This document shows, piece after piece, positions 53,501 through 62,291 of a DNA stretch of 64,000 bases. The stretch lies in assembly GCA_963845755.1 (NCBI GenBank), contig CAWJTV010000024.1, positions 64,001-128,000 on the forward strand, written 5' to 3'. Position numbers and translations under genes: made by a program. The notes under the pieces are model-generated. The model was not told the origin of the DNA and did no database searches. It saw nothing but the letters and a program-made list of their open reading frames with translations. Each line of letters starts with the position of its first letter. Within the stretch, counting starts at the first letter, position 1. This DNA comes from an uncultured Planctomycetota bacterium. Its GTDB lineage: Bacteria > Planctomycetota > Planctomycetia > Isosphaerales > Isosphaeraceae.

Positions 53501-54831
53501 TCGATCGCCCTGTCGAGGTCGCCGCGATTGACCAACCCCTGGATCCAGTCCAGCTTCGCCTGCAGGTCATCCGGGTTGGCCGCCACCGCCCGCTGGCTGG
53601 CGTCCCATTGCAAGTCCGGTTCCCCGAGCTGGCCATAGCACCGCGCCAACAGCACGTTCACACGCGCCTTGAAATCCCCCCCGAAACGGGTCACCAGCGG
53701 CTGGAGCGACGCCAGAAGCCGACGCGCCTTTGCAAATTCGTTCTTATTGACATGATAATAAGCCGTGAAATAATCGATCAGGGCCTGATTGAACCCAGCG
53801 TCTTTCATCTCCTGGATGTGCAGGAGTAGCTTGCCGGTATCGCCGCGCGCCGCCAGGATCATCGCGAGCTGATAGCGGATCGCGACCTGCTCGGGCATCG
53901 TCTTGAGGGCGATCTCCATGACCTCGATCGACCGATCCATCCGCCCGGCCCGCCGCTCGAGGTCCGCCAAGGCCAGGTAGAGCTTGGGCGCATTGGGCAC
54001 CATCTTCAGCCCCCTATCCAGCAGTTGACGGGCCGCGTCGAGCCCCGACTTGCGCTGGGCCAATTGTGCGGCCTCCAGATACGTGTCGGGCTGATCCGGC
54101 GCGAGCTCCATCGACTTCCGGAAGTCGTCTTCGGCGCCCTTGAGATCGAATCGGTGGCGATAGCGCCCGCGCTCCAGATAGACCCGATAGTTCTTGGGTT
54201 CGGACTGCACCATCGCTTCGATGACCCGATCCGCCTCCTCCGCCCGGCCGAGCCGATCGCGGAGCAATGCCGCAACACGCTGGGCGGCATCGAGCCGCTC
54301 GGGGGCCCCGTGCTCGATGGCCGACCGGTAGTAATTCGTGGCGATCGCGGGGTCGGCTTCGCGGTCCTGTTCGCAGCACCGTCCCATCAGGTACTCGAGA
54401 TGGCCGTCATCCTTCGCCTGCTTCAGGAGGCTCGTCAGGTGCTGGCGCGCCAGTTGGAATTGCGGCCCGCCCATCTCGACGGCCAGCTCCGCCGCACGCC
54501 GCCGTACGTCCACCCGACCGGGCTGACGCCTCAGGATGTCGCCGAGGATCGTCATCGCATCTTGCTGCTGCTTCTGCGTTTTTCCTTGAGTTATGAGAAT
54601 GTCAGCATATTTAATTTGTACTTCCACGTCGTCCGGGACGACCAGCAGGTGCTGCTGATACAGCTCCACGGCCTTGTTGTAGTCCTTCTGCTCCGCAAAT
54701 TGATCGGCCTGCTCGACCACGCTCCGGGCCATCCTGTCAACTTGGAGCCTCCAGATGAAATAACCGGCCAGACCGATCAGGCTGGAGGCGGCAATCAGGA
54801 CCATCAGACGCTTCAAAGTCTTTCTGCTCAT
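50525..54831 (-). CDS. very large TPR-repeat protein with N-terminal membrane anchor (frameshift near 50790)
   Basis: MSRKTLKRL followed by a TM, after RBS GAGGGG; TPR helices throughout. The tail continues FLDTRGVVYL...YFHLAQAY... to a stop at 50525. Confidence 0.88.
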
Positions 54832-55093
54832 CCCGGGATGCCCCTCAACGAAAACAACGCGGCCCATCCGCCAACTTCGGCGCCGTCCAGACGACGCTTT
54901 TTCCGACGTCATCTCCATGAACAGCTTACGATTCTCACCCTGCTATCATCAACCATGCGCCACGGAAAAATCCAGGTTCCTCCCATTCCACCGCGGACAG
55001 TTCGACCCGTCGTTGATCTACAACAACATACTCCGCCCACGCCTGCCCCGGCCGCCCACTCTCACCAATCCCTCATGGTCACCAGTCCAGTAG

Positions 55094-55665
55094 CGATATC
55101 CCGAGCATAGATCGCCGCGAGCGGGCCGCTCACATCCCCCCTCCTGGCCCGGGACTCGAAGCCCCTCCGGTGCATCGAGGGCCACTACCGATGCACCGGA
55201 CATACTTCCGCGGGAGGCCCCGGCCCGGCCGGATCCTCGCCACCCCGGCATACCGATTAACCGGACATACTTCCTGCGACCGCCCTCGGCTACCTGGCCA
55301 TACGTCCTGCCGATTAACCGGACATACTTCTTCGTACGCGATGACTTCCGAAAATGCCCCTCTGGACAACCCAGATCCTATCCTCCGAACCTCCACCCAA
55401 GACCGCTTCACCAGGGGACCAGACGCTATCTGGAATTTAGTACATAACGATTCCTGGGACATGGTTCGGGGACCCGCGCGTTTTAAACGGTTTGTCCACT
55501 AGCGATACTCTGACCGTAGTGGACGTTTGAACCCCACGATTACGGGAGCATGAAACTGAGGGGATTTCGCGATTAACCGGACATACTTTCCACGATAGTC
55601 CGGACATACTTCGGGCGTGCACTCACGATATCCCGAGCATACCACTACCGATTAACCGGACATAG
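55094..55665 (+). repeat. iteron-like 17-bp direct repeats (CGATTAACCGGACATAC consensus); putative plasmid origin
   Basis: Exact CGATTAACCGGACATA at 55254, 55311, 55570 and 55649; variants at 55094, 55189, 55287, 55448, 55537, 55593 and 55626. Immediately upstream of an AT-rich tract and the initiator gene. Confidence 0.85.
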
Positions 55666-55734
55666 TTACGGTCTGTAAGTTATTGTTTTCTAACCCCTTG
55701 CGTCGCAGAGAATTTGTTATAGACTCTTGTTAAG

Positions 55735-55786
55735 ACAAAAAGACAACAACACGGCGGCGCCGTTTGTTGTTGTTTTTTCTTTTTCT
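55735..55786. terminator. bidirectional terminator-like hairpin in the rep leader
   Basis: AAAAAGACAACAACACGGC-GGC-GCCGTTTGTTGTTGTTTTTTCTTTTT: a stem with T-tracts on both strands. Confidence 0.55.
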
Positions 55787-55862
55787 CGACCAGGAAGACG
55801 GGAGGCAGCGGAGGCCGTCGATAGGGCGATCGTCCAGGCTTACGAATTGGGAGGGGTAGCGG

Positions 55863-57410
55863 ATGGACGAATGGGACGTGCCTCTGGAAGAGATCGGTGC
55901 GTTCGACCACCTCAGCGATGAGGGGACATCTCCGGCGGATGCGGGGTGGAAGGACGAGCTGAACCTGGCGGAGTTCCCGATCGCGGCGTTGACGGACCGC
56001 ATCCCCGACGGCCAGACGACGATGGTATTCGAAGACCGGATGGAGCGGCGTGACAGCGCCCCGATCGTCCGCCGGCTCACGATCATGGGGACGCACAAGC
56101 ACGGCCTGCCCACTTCGCTGGACGATGAGGTCCTCGTTGGCCTGATCCAGTTGACGAAACGGCGGAGCAACTTCACCGATCCTCGGGTCCAGTTCTCGCG
56201 CTACGAGTTGATCGAGCTGCTCGGATGGCCGCAGAGTGGGCAGAGCTACCGCCGGATCGAGGAGGCGCTGCACCGCTGGGTGGGCGTCGTGCTGATGTAC
56301 GAGAACGCCTGGTGGGACAATGCGGCCAAGAGCTGGGTGGACGAACAGTTTCACGTGCTCGACAACGTGACCCTCTACGATCGGGAGCGGTGGCGGACCT
56401 CGGCGCGATCGGGGAAGACGGGGAGAGGAGACCGGGGCGGCTCGAAGGCCGACAAGCCCCCCCTGCCCTTGTCGAGCTTCCGCTGGAATGAGGTGATCTT
56501 CCAGAGCTTCCAGAGCGGCAACCTCAAGCAGCTCGACCTGGAGTTCTACCTCACGCTGAGGCTGCCGACGACCAAGCGGATGTATCGGTTTCTGGACAAG
56601 CGCTTCTACCGCCGATCGCGGCTGGACTTCGACCTGCGGACCCTGGCCTGCGAGCACATCGGCCTGAGCCGTTCCTACGCGCCGACCGAGTTGAAGCGGC
56701 GGCTCAAGCCGGCGCTGGAGGAGCTGGAGCAGCTCGGATTCCTGGAGCCCCTGGGGCCCGAGGAGCGGTACTCCTACGTCAAGCGGGGTTGCTGGCGGAT
56801 CATCTTCATCCGCGGTCGTGCCACCGCGGCCGAGGCCCAGGACCCCGCCGTACCGGAGGGCCAGCAGCCCAACGAGTTGATCGAGGCTCTCCGGACGCGC
56901 GGGATCACGTCCAAGACCGCTCAGGAGCTGGTCGAGGCGCATCCGCCCGGCCGCATCCGCACCAAGCTCGAGGTCTTCGACTGGTTGCTGCGCAACGAGG
57001 ATCGGCGGGTCGGCAAGAACCCGGCCGGCTACCTGGTCGCCTCGATCCGGTCCGACTACCAGGCCCCCGGCGATTACCAGACCCGAACGAGTGAGGCCAA
57101 GCCGTCCGCGGACAAGGTCAAGCGGCTCGCGGCGGCCGCGGAGGCCCAGCGCAAGGCCAGCGCCGAGGACCTGGACCAACGCGAGAAGGCTCGCGAGGCC
57201 AAACTCCGCGCCGCCTGGGAGCGCCTGACCGAAGTCCAGCGCGAGGAGATCCGGGCCGCCGTCAGGACCGAGAACCCCGGCCTGGGCCGCTGGAAGAACA
57301 TGCTCGAACCCCTCTGCCTGACCGCACTCGAGGCCCGGATGGGGGATTCGAGCGAGGCCGGCGGCAAGGGCCAGCGGCTGCTCTTCCCCGACGCCGCGCC
57401 CGCGAAGTAA
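55863..57410 (+). CDS. plasmid replication initiator protein A (RPA family)
   Basis: DELNLAEFP, GLPT..DDEVL.GL.QL, FSRYEL..LLGW...G..Y..I..AL.RW and RMYRFLDKRF; iterons lie upstream. Confidence 0.85.
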   Translation: MDEWDVPLEEIGAFDHLSDEGTSPADAGWKDELNLAEFPIAALTDRIPDGQTTMVFEDRMERRDSAPIVRRLTIMGTHKHGLPTSLDDEVLVGLIQLTKRRSNFTDPRVQFSRYELIELLGWPQSGQSYRRIEEALHRWVGVVLMYENAWWDNAAKSWVDEQFHVLDNVTLYDRERWRTSARSGKTGRGDRGGSKADKPPLPLSSFRWNEVIFQSFQSGNLKQLDLEFYLTLRLPTTKRMYRFLDKRFYRRSRLDFDLRTLACEHIGLSRSYAPTELKRRLKPALEELEQLGFLEPLGPEERYSYVKRGCWRIIFIRGRATAAEAQDPAVPEGQQPNELIEALRTRGITSKTAQELVEAHPPGRIRTKLEVFDWLLRNEDRRVGKNPAGYLVASIRSDYQAPGDYQTRTSEAKPSADKVKRLAAAAEAQRKASAEDLDQREKAREAKLRAAWERLTEVQREEIRAAVRTENPGLGRWKNMLEPLCLTALEARMGDSSEAGGKGQRLLFPDAAPAK

Positions 57411-58077
57411 CGAGGACTCCGAGACTCCCGCGTCAGGCGGGCCGGGTTTCCGGCAACCGTGTTCCGTGGTCAGCATGGCATGGCGACGGACTTGCCGGGG
57501 CGGCATCATCGGCCGGGGATCGCCCTGACCGCCTGGAACGACCCCCGATCCCTCACCGGGCATTCGCCCGCTTCGCATGGGGCCATCGCCCCGTGATGAT
57601 CGCGGCGCAAGTTGGCATATCTTGCCAGCTTTTTGGCGGAGCTCCATCCCCGATCTCTCTGGTTGGAAATGAGTTGTGGCGAGCCTGCGAATCCGTCGGC
57701 GCAGTCCGACGGCCCGTCTGGGGAGTGATCGCGCGTAGGTCATACTATTAGGATGCCGCAACTTTTCGAAAGCGTTAATGCACCTAGCGCCGACTTAGGC
57801 CGTTGAGACTCCCGAACTCTCGACTTCGGCGGCAGATACGAAAATCCAAAAAAAATTCAAGGCGGGTGATTAACCGACCTCCCGGTGCTCCTGAAGGGAC
57901 GGGTGCGTGGCGAGGACTCATCCTGGTATAACCCAAATTCATCGCCAGACAGGTGACGGGACGGTTATTTCTTGGAGAGGATCCGGTCGAGCTGGTCGGG
58001 GATCTCCAGGTTCAAGGTGGACAGCCTGTGTCTCAGCTCCTCGAGATAGTCGAAGTTGAACTGAGAGTCGGTTCCAA

Positions 58078-58210
58078 AAGCCCCAGAGGGGCGACCGGAC
58101 GTAGCCAGGGGCGTGAGCCCCTGGACGATCGACCGCGACCCCCTCGACCGTCGTTCGAGACCCGGAGGAGCGACAGACGTCCTCAGGGCCACAGAGTTTC
58201 TGTCGCCCCT
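58078..58210. repeat. REP/BIME-like cluster, truncated on the right
   Basis: GCCCCAGAGGGGCGAC; GTAG + CCAGGGGC-GTGA-GCCCCTGG (58101-58124); ACCCGGAGGAGCGACAGA ... TCTGTCGCCCCT, where the last arm stops short. Confidence 0.75.
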
Positions 58211-58272
58211 ACCTTCTAGACATATGTCTGACCGGGTACAATCGGTCAACACTTGTTTAGGAGGTCTGGCCT

Positions 58273-59133
58273 ATGGGCGTTCGCAATCGAGACCGCGAAG
58301 TCATTGAGCGGTTGGATTCCAAGACCCTCGATGCTCGCTTTACCACTGAGATCGAGCAGGGACTTAACTGTTCCCCCTTCGAGTCCGAAGCCGTTCTCGG
58401 CGTCGTCAAAGAGGTCTACTTTCCCTTCCTCTCCGCCGAGGCCACCACGCCTTCCCCAGGGAAGATCTCGCTCATGGCGGTCGCCGCGGACGAGCCGGCC
58501 GGAAAGCCCGTCGCCGCCTGTCAAAAGCAGACCGTCTGCCTCACACTCCATCGCGGCAAGATCGACGATCTCTTGTTTCAGCAACACGGCCCAGCCGGCT
58601 TTCGCCGGGCTCGAATCCTCGACCTTTGCCAACAGGCCCTCAGTCAAGGAGCCTTGCTCACCGCTGAAGACCTCGCCTATCGCGTCTTCTTCGTCACACC
58701 GCGAACCATCTCGCGCGACCTGATCGCGGTCCGCCAGGCCCACCCCGATGTCCTGATCCCGATGCGCAGTACGCTCCACGACCTCGGACCGGTCCTCACC
58801 CATCGCACTCAAATCGTCCGCCTTGCACTCCAAGGCAAGACCACGTCGCAGATCTGCCAGATCATGCACCACTCTCCCGAAGCGGTCGCCAACTACCTGT
58901 CCACCTTCGCGCGCTGCGCTCAACTCGCCCACAAGGAGATGCAAGCCGGGCAGATCGCCTTCCTCCGCCGCCGCGGGGTCTCCCTCGTCAACGCCTATCT
59001 CCAGATCCTGGAGGAATGCCGGCGCGATCGCAACATGGCCTATCATCTGGACGAACTCCTCAGGATCGGCTCCTGCGGCGGCGGAAAAAAACTAGGCTGG
59101 CAAAAGTGGCTGGAAAGCCCTCCGGGAGCGTAG
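58273..59133 (+). CDS. DUF1670-like protein A (extreme C-terminus replaced by an IS)
   Basis: RBS AGGAGG; CQQALSQGALLTAEDLA, R.TLHDLGP.LTHR and HHSPEAVANY. Native sequence ends at GGGKK (59091). Confidence 0.75.
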   Translation: MGVRNRDREVIERLDSKTLDARFTTEIEQGLNCSPFESEAVLGVVKEVYFPFLSAEATTPSPGKISLMAVAADEPAGKPVAACQKQTVCLTLHRGKIDDLLFQQHGPAGFRRARILDLCQQALSQGALLTAEDLAYRVFFVTPRTISRDLIAVRQAHPDVLIPMRSTLHDLGPVLTHRTQIVRLALQGKTTSQICQIMHHSPEAVANYLSTFARCAQLAHKEMQAGQIAFLRRRGVSLVNAYLQILEECRRDRNMAYHLDELLRIGSCGGGKKLGWQKWLESPPGA

Positions 59134-60796
59134 AAAGAGGAGATCGAACCCCGGGAGGAATCCACCCATGCGCAAACGACGACAACGACCACGCCCGCAA
59201 CCGGACCGGGCCCTGACCCTGACGCCGGTCCTTCTTGACTGCCCCGAATGCCAGCACCGGACCTATGCCGACTACAATAACTATCGCACCATCAGTACTC
59301 TCGACGGCGTCTTCCGACTGACCCTGACCATCCGACGCTGCCCCAATCCCACCTGCCCCCGCTTCCTCCGCCCCTATCGGCCCGAGGCCGAGCCCCACTT
59401 CGCCTTGCCTTATCATGAGTTCGGACTCGACGTCATGGCGCTGGTCGGCCGGCTCCGCTATGCCGAGCACCGCAGCATCCCCGAGATCCACCGCGAGCTC
59501 ACGCACCGCGGGCTCATCCTGGCCGAACGCACCGTCACCAACCTGTTGGACCGCTACGACGAGCTGCGGTCCCTGGCCACGGCCGATCCCCAGCGACTCG
59601 GTCCGCTGTTGCGCCCGCAGGGCCGCGTCATCCTGGCCATCGACGGCCTGCAGCCGGATGTCGGCCACGAGGTCCTCTGGGTGCTGCGCGACTGCCTCTC
59701 CGGCGAGATCCTCCTGGCCAAGAGCCTGCTGTCGTCCACGGCCCAGGACCTGGCCGGCCTGATCGACCAGGTGCGGAAGGTCCTGCCGGTGCCGATCACC
59801 GGCGTGGTCTCCGACGGTCAGGAGAGCATCCGCAACGCCGTGGCTATCGCCCTCAAAGGTGTCCCCCATCAGCTCTGCCATTTCCACTACTTCCGCGAGG
59901 CGGCCAAGCCGATCTACGAGGCGGATCGCCACGCCAAGAAGGAGTTGAAGAAGCGGGTGCGGGGCATCCGGAAGATCGAGCGCCAGGCGGAGAAGGAGCT
60001 GGAGGACGACGCGGAGGACGCGGAGGCGGAGGTGGTGCGGGACTACTGCGCCGCGGTGCGCGGGGCCTTGACCGACGACGGACTGCCACCGCTTTCGGCC
60101 TCCGGGCTGAAGCGGCAGGATCGATTGAGCCGGATTGCCGCCAGCTTGGACGATGTCGTCGCCAAGGCGGGCGACCTGCCCGGGGGTTTGAAACGGCTGA
60201 GGCAATTGCTGCGGCGCGGGCTGGAGGAGACGGCCGCGCTGTTCCCGGCGGTGCGCGAGTCGTACCAATGGGTCAAGCGCGCCGCCCGGATCCTCAAGAA
60301 CGAGGAGGGGCTGCCGGCGAAGAAGGTGCGACGGCGGCTGGTGCAACTGCTGGCGCGAATGCGCCGGGCGGTGGCGACGACGGACGAGCCCGCGGTGCGG
60401 GCGGGTTTGAAGCAGTTCGTGAAGGTGACCCGGAGCTACTGGCCGGGCTTGTTTGCCTGCTACGAGTCGTCGGATCTGCCGCGGACGAATAACGACCTGG
60501 AGCACACCTTCGGCAGTCATCGCTACCACGAGCGCCGGGCCAGCGGTCGGCGTCGGGGGTCGCCGGGCCTGGTGGTGATGGGCTCGGCGCGGGTGATCTC
60601 GGGGCTGGCGACGCGGCTGCGGCCGGACGAAGGCTTGGTGTTGAGCCCGGGCTATGTTGAGGACTGGCAGGAATGGCGCGCGGAGTTGGAGGTGCGACGG
60701 GAATCGCGGCGGAAGCAACGCCGGTTCCGTCACAATCCCGAGGCCTATCTCAAGGACTTGGAGCAACGCTGCCTCCAGCTAACTTTGCCAGCCTAG
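59092..60796 (+). mobile_element. 1705-bp insertion sequence (unclassified/ISNCY-type)
   Basis: Left TIR CTAGGCTGGCAAAAGTGGCTGGA; right TIR (reverse complement) CTAGGCTGGCAAAGTTAGCTGGA. Flanked by A7 on both sides (59085-59091, 60797-60803). Confidence 0.92.
59168..60796 (+). CDS. DDE transposase
   Basis: CPEC/C..C zinc motif, LAIDGLQ, VVSDGQ, CHFH and RTNNDLE. The stop codon is the end of the right TIR. Confidence 0.9.
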   Translation: MRKRRQRPRPQPDRALTLTPVLLDCPECQHRTYADYNNYRTISTLDGVFRLTLTIRRCPNPTCPRFLRPYRPEAEPHFALPYHEFGLDVMALVGRLRYAEHRSIPEIHRELTHRGLILAERTVTNLLDRYDELRSLATADPQRLGPLLRPQGRVILAIDGLQPDVGHEVLWVLRDCLSGEILLAKSLLSSTAQDLAGLIDQVRKVLPVPITGVVSDGQESIRNAVAIALKGVPHQLCHFHYFREAAKPIYEADRHAKKELKKRVRGIRKIERQAEKELEDDAEDAEAEVVRDYCAAVRGALTDDGLPPLSASGLKRQDRLSRIAASLDDVVAKAGDLPGGLKRLRQLLRRGLEETAALFPAVRESYQWVKRAARILKNEEGLPAKKVRRRLVQLLARMRRAVATTDEPAVRAGLKQFVKVTRSYWPGLFACYESSDLPRTNNDLEHTFGSHRYHERRASGRRRGSPGLVVMGSARVISGLATRLRPDEGLVLSPGYVEDWQEWRAELEVRRESRRKQRRFRHNPEAYLKDLEQRCLQLTLPA

Positions 60797-60824
60797 AAAA
60801 AAATCACTCGTGGGAGGTCCGCCC

Positions 60825-61427
60825 ATGAGTAGCAAACCTGACTTCATCCGCAAGAAATACGGCCCCCTCCGCGAGAAGACCTTGCGGAACGCACTCGCCC
60901 ACCGGATCGTCAAGGAGTTCCCGCGAATTGGAGGAAACCGCATCTGTCAATTGTGCGCAGATATGATACTTGAAGTTGTCTTCAAACATATGCGCCCAAA
61001 GACCACCTCGTTCACGGCCAGGCGCTCTGGATGGCCGTCAGCCTCAACGACCCGCCCGGTCGTCGCCAACGCATCGCGGACGTTCGACCTGATCCCCGTC
61101 CTCCTCGAGATCTCCACCGCCGAGGACGCGCAACGGCGCATCGATCGCCTCCCCGCTCCTCAACGCTTGTTGTGCAAGGCCGTCCGCCTCTGCGAGCAGG
61201 CCTACAAACAGGGGGGATTGCTCTCCAACTGCGACCTCGCCGAGCTGCTCGGCGTTGACGACAGTCGGATCGCTCATGTGCTGGCCGAGCATGAGCGCCT
61301 CACCAGCACCGTCATCCCACGACGCGCCACACTCCACGATGTCGGAACAGGATTGACTCATAAGCGGATTATTTGCTGGAAGCGATACGCCGAAGGCAAG
61401 GAGCCGCATGTTGGGACCGATCTTTGA
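60825..61427 (+). pseudogene. DUF1670-like protein B, truncated by IS21 insertion
   Basis: RBS GGGAGGT; CEQAYKQGGLLSNCDLA and RRATLHDVG.GLTHK, paralogous to protein A. Homology breaks at 61409, before the HS...Y segment. Compensating indels near 61000 and 61080. Confidence 0.75.
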
Positions 61428-61453
61428 TTCGGCAGCGCTTTCGATCATTGGAC

Positions 61454-61615
61454 CGGCAGCGCCTTCGTCTGGTTCCCAGCGCGGCACTTCTGACCGTTTG
61501 TCTCTCCGTTCTCGTTCTCGAGAGGGCGATCGCTTCAACGGCAGCGCCTTCGTCTGGTTCCCAGCGCGGCACTTCTGACCGTTTGTCTTGCCGTCCTTGT
61601 TCTCGAGAAGACGAT
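61454..61615 (+). repeat. 85-bp-period direct repeat, two copies
   Basis: 50 identical nt at 61454-61503 and 61539-61588, then an imperfect continuation; a partial copy at about 61430. Confidence 0.92.
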
Positions 61616-61713
61616 ATACTGGCATGTCAGCGTCGGGTCTGCGTTGGAATAGCGCTCGAGGAGAACGCGATCAACATTCTCCCCGAGCTTTTCCCTCGAG
61701 AGTAGCCGCTCCC

Positions 61714-62291
61714 GTGGGCACTCCTCACGTTACGAAACGATACCGCCGTCTGCCCAGAGGCCGCCGACCGCGCCCACGGATCTGCCTGCGCAAAGGTTGC
61801 CGACGCAAGTACCAGCCGCGATGCTGGAACCAGCGCTACTGCCAGGACCCGGAATGCCTGCGGGAAGTCCGCCGTTGGCAAGCGGCTCGCCGCCAGGCAA
61901 AACGCCGCCAAGACGCCCGCGCCAAAGCCCAGCATGCCCAGGCCGAGAAACAGCGCCGCCAGCAAGCCAAAGCCACGCCCAAAGCTATTGAGAACCCGGA
62001 CGTTGCGCCCGCGCGTGGTCACGCAGCAGAAAATTTTTCCCCCACCCCTTCTGCGATCGGCCTGGCTGCTACCAACCCCCGGTGAACTCATCGCGCAACC
62101 CGGCTCGCTACTGCGGCACCGCCTGCCGTCAGGCCGTTCGCAACGTCCGGGACCGCGAACGTAAGTGGCTCGCTCGCGGCACCTTGGATGGCCGGAACAA
62201 GCGCGCCATCGAATACCAGGCCGCACACCGCAATCGATCCCGGTGTCAGCAAGACACCACCGATCGGCCACCCCGGTCACCGCCGCTATGA
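61714..62291 (+). CDS. basic Cys-rich (zinc-finger-like) hypothetical protein (frameshift near 62040)
   Basis: CLRKGC..YCQDPEC, then in the next frame CDRPGC..YCGTAC: two similar C4 modules. Confidence 0.6.

Larger units (their letters stand above)
58211..61408 (+). mobile_element. putative DUF1670-pair mobile element (interrupted twice; right end outside the window)
   Basis: Begins where the REP arm breaks; has its own -10 box and RBS, then two paralogous DUF1670-like genes. Confidence 0.5.

Noticed and set aside
7805..54831. PEP-CTERM substrate gene
   Set aside because: No credible ORF ends in PEP + TM + basic cluster.
55094..55665. CRISPR array
   Set aside because: Repeats are 17 bp, degenerate and irregularly spaced, with no cas genes; they sit next to a rep gene.
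57600..57900. Short inverted repeats downstream of rep as parS or dif sites
   Set aside because: Arms are only 4-5 bp and match no consensus I can support.
61454..61615. Mini-CRISPR (50-nt repeat plus 35-nt spacer)
   Set aside because: The 'spacer' is itself imperfectly repeated after copy 2, so this is a tandem duplication.
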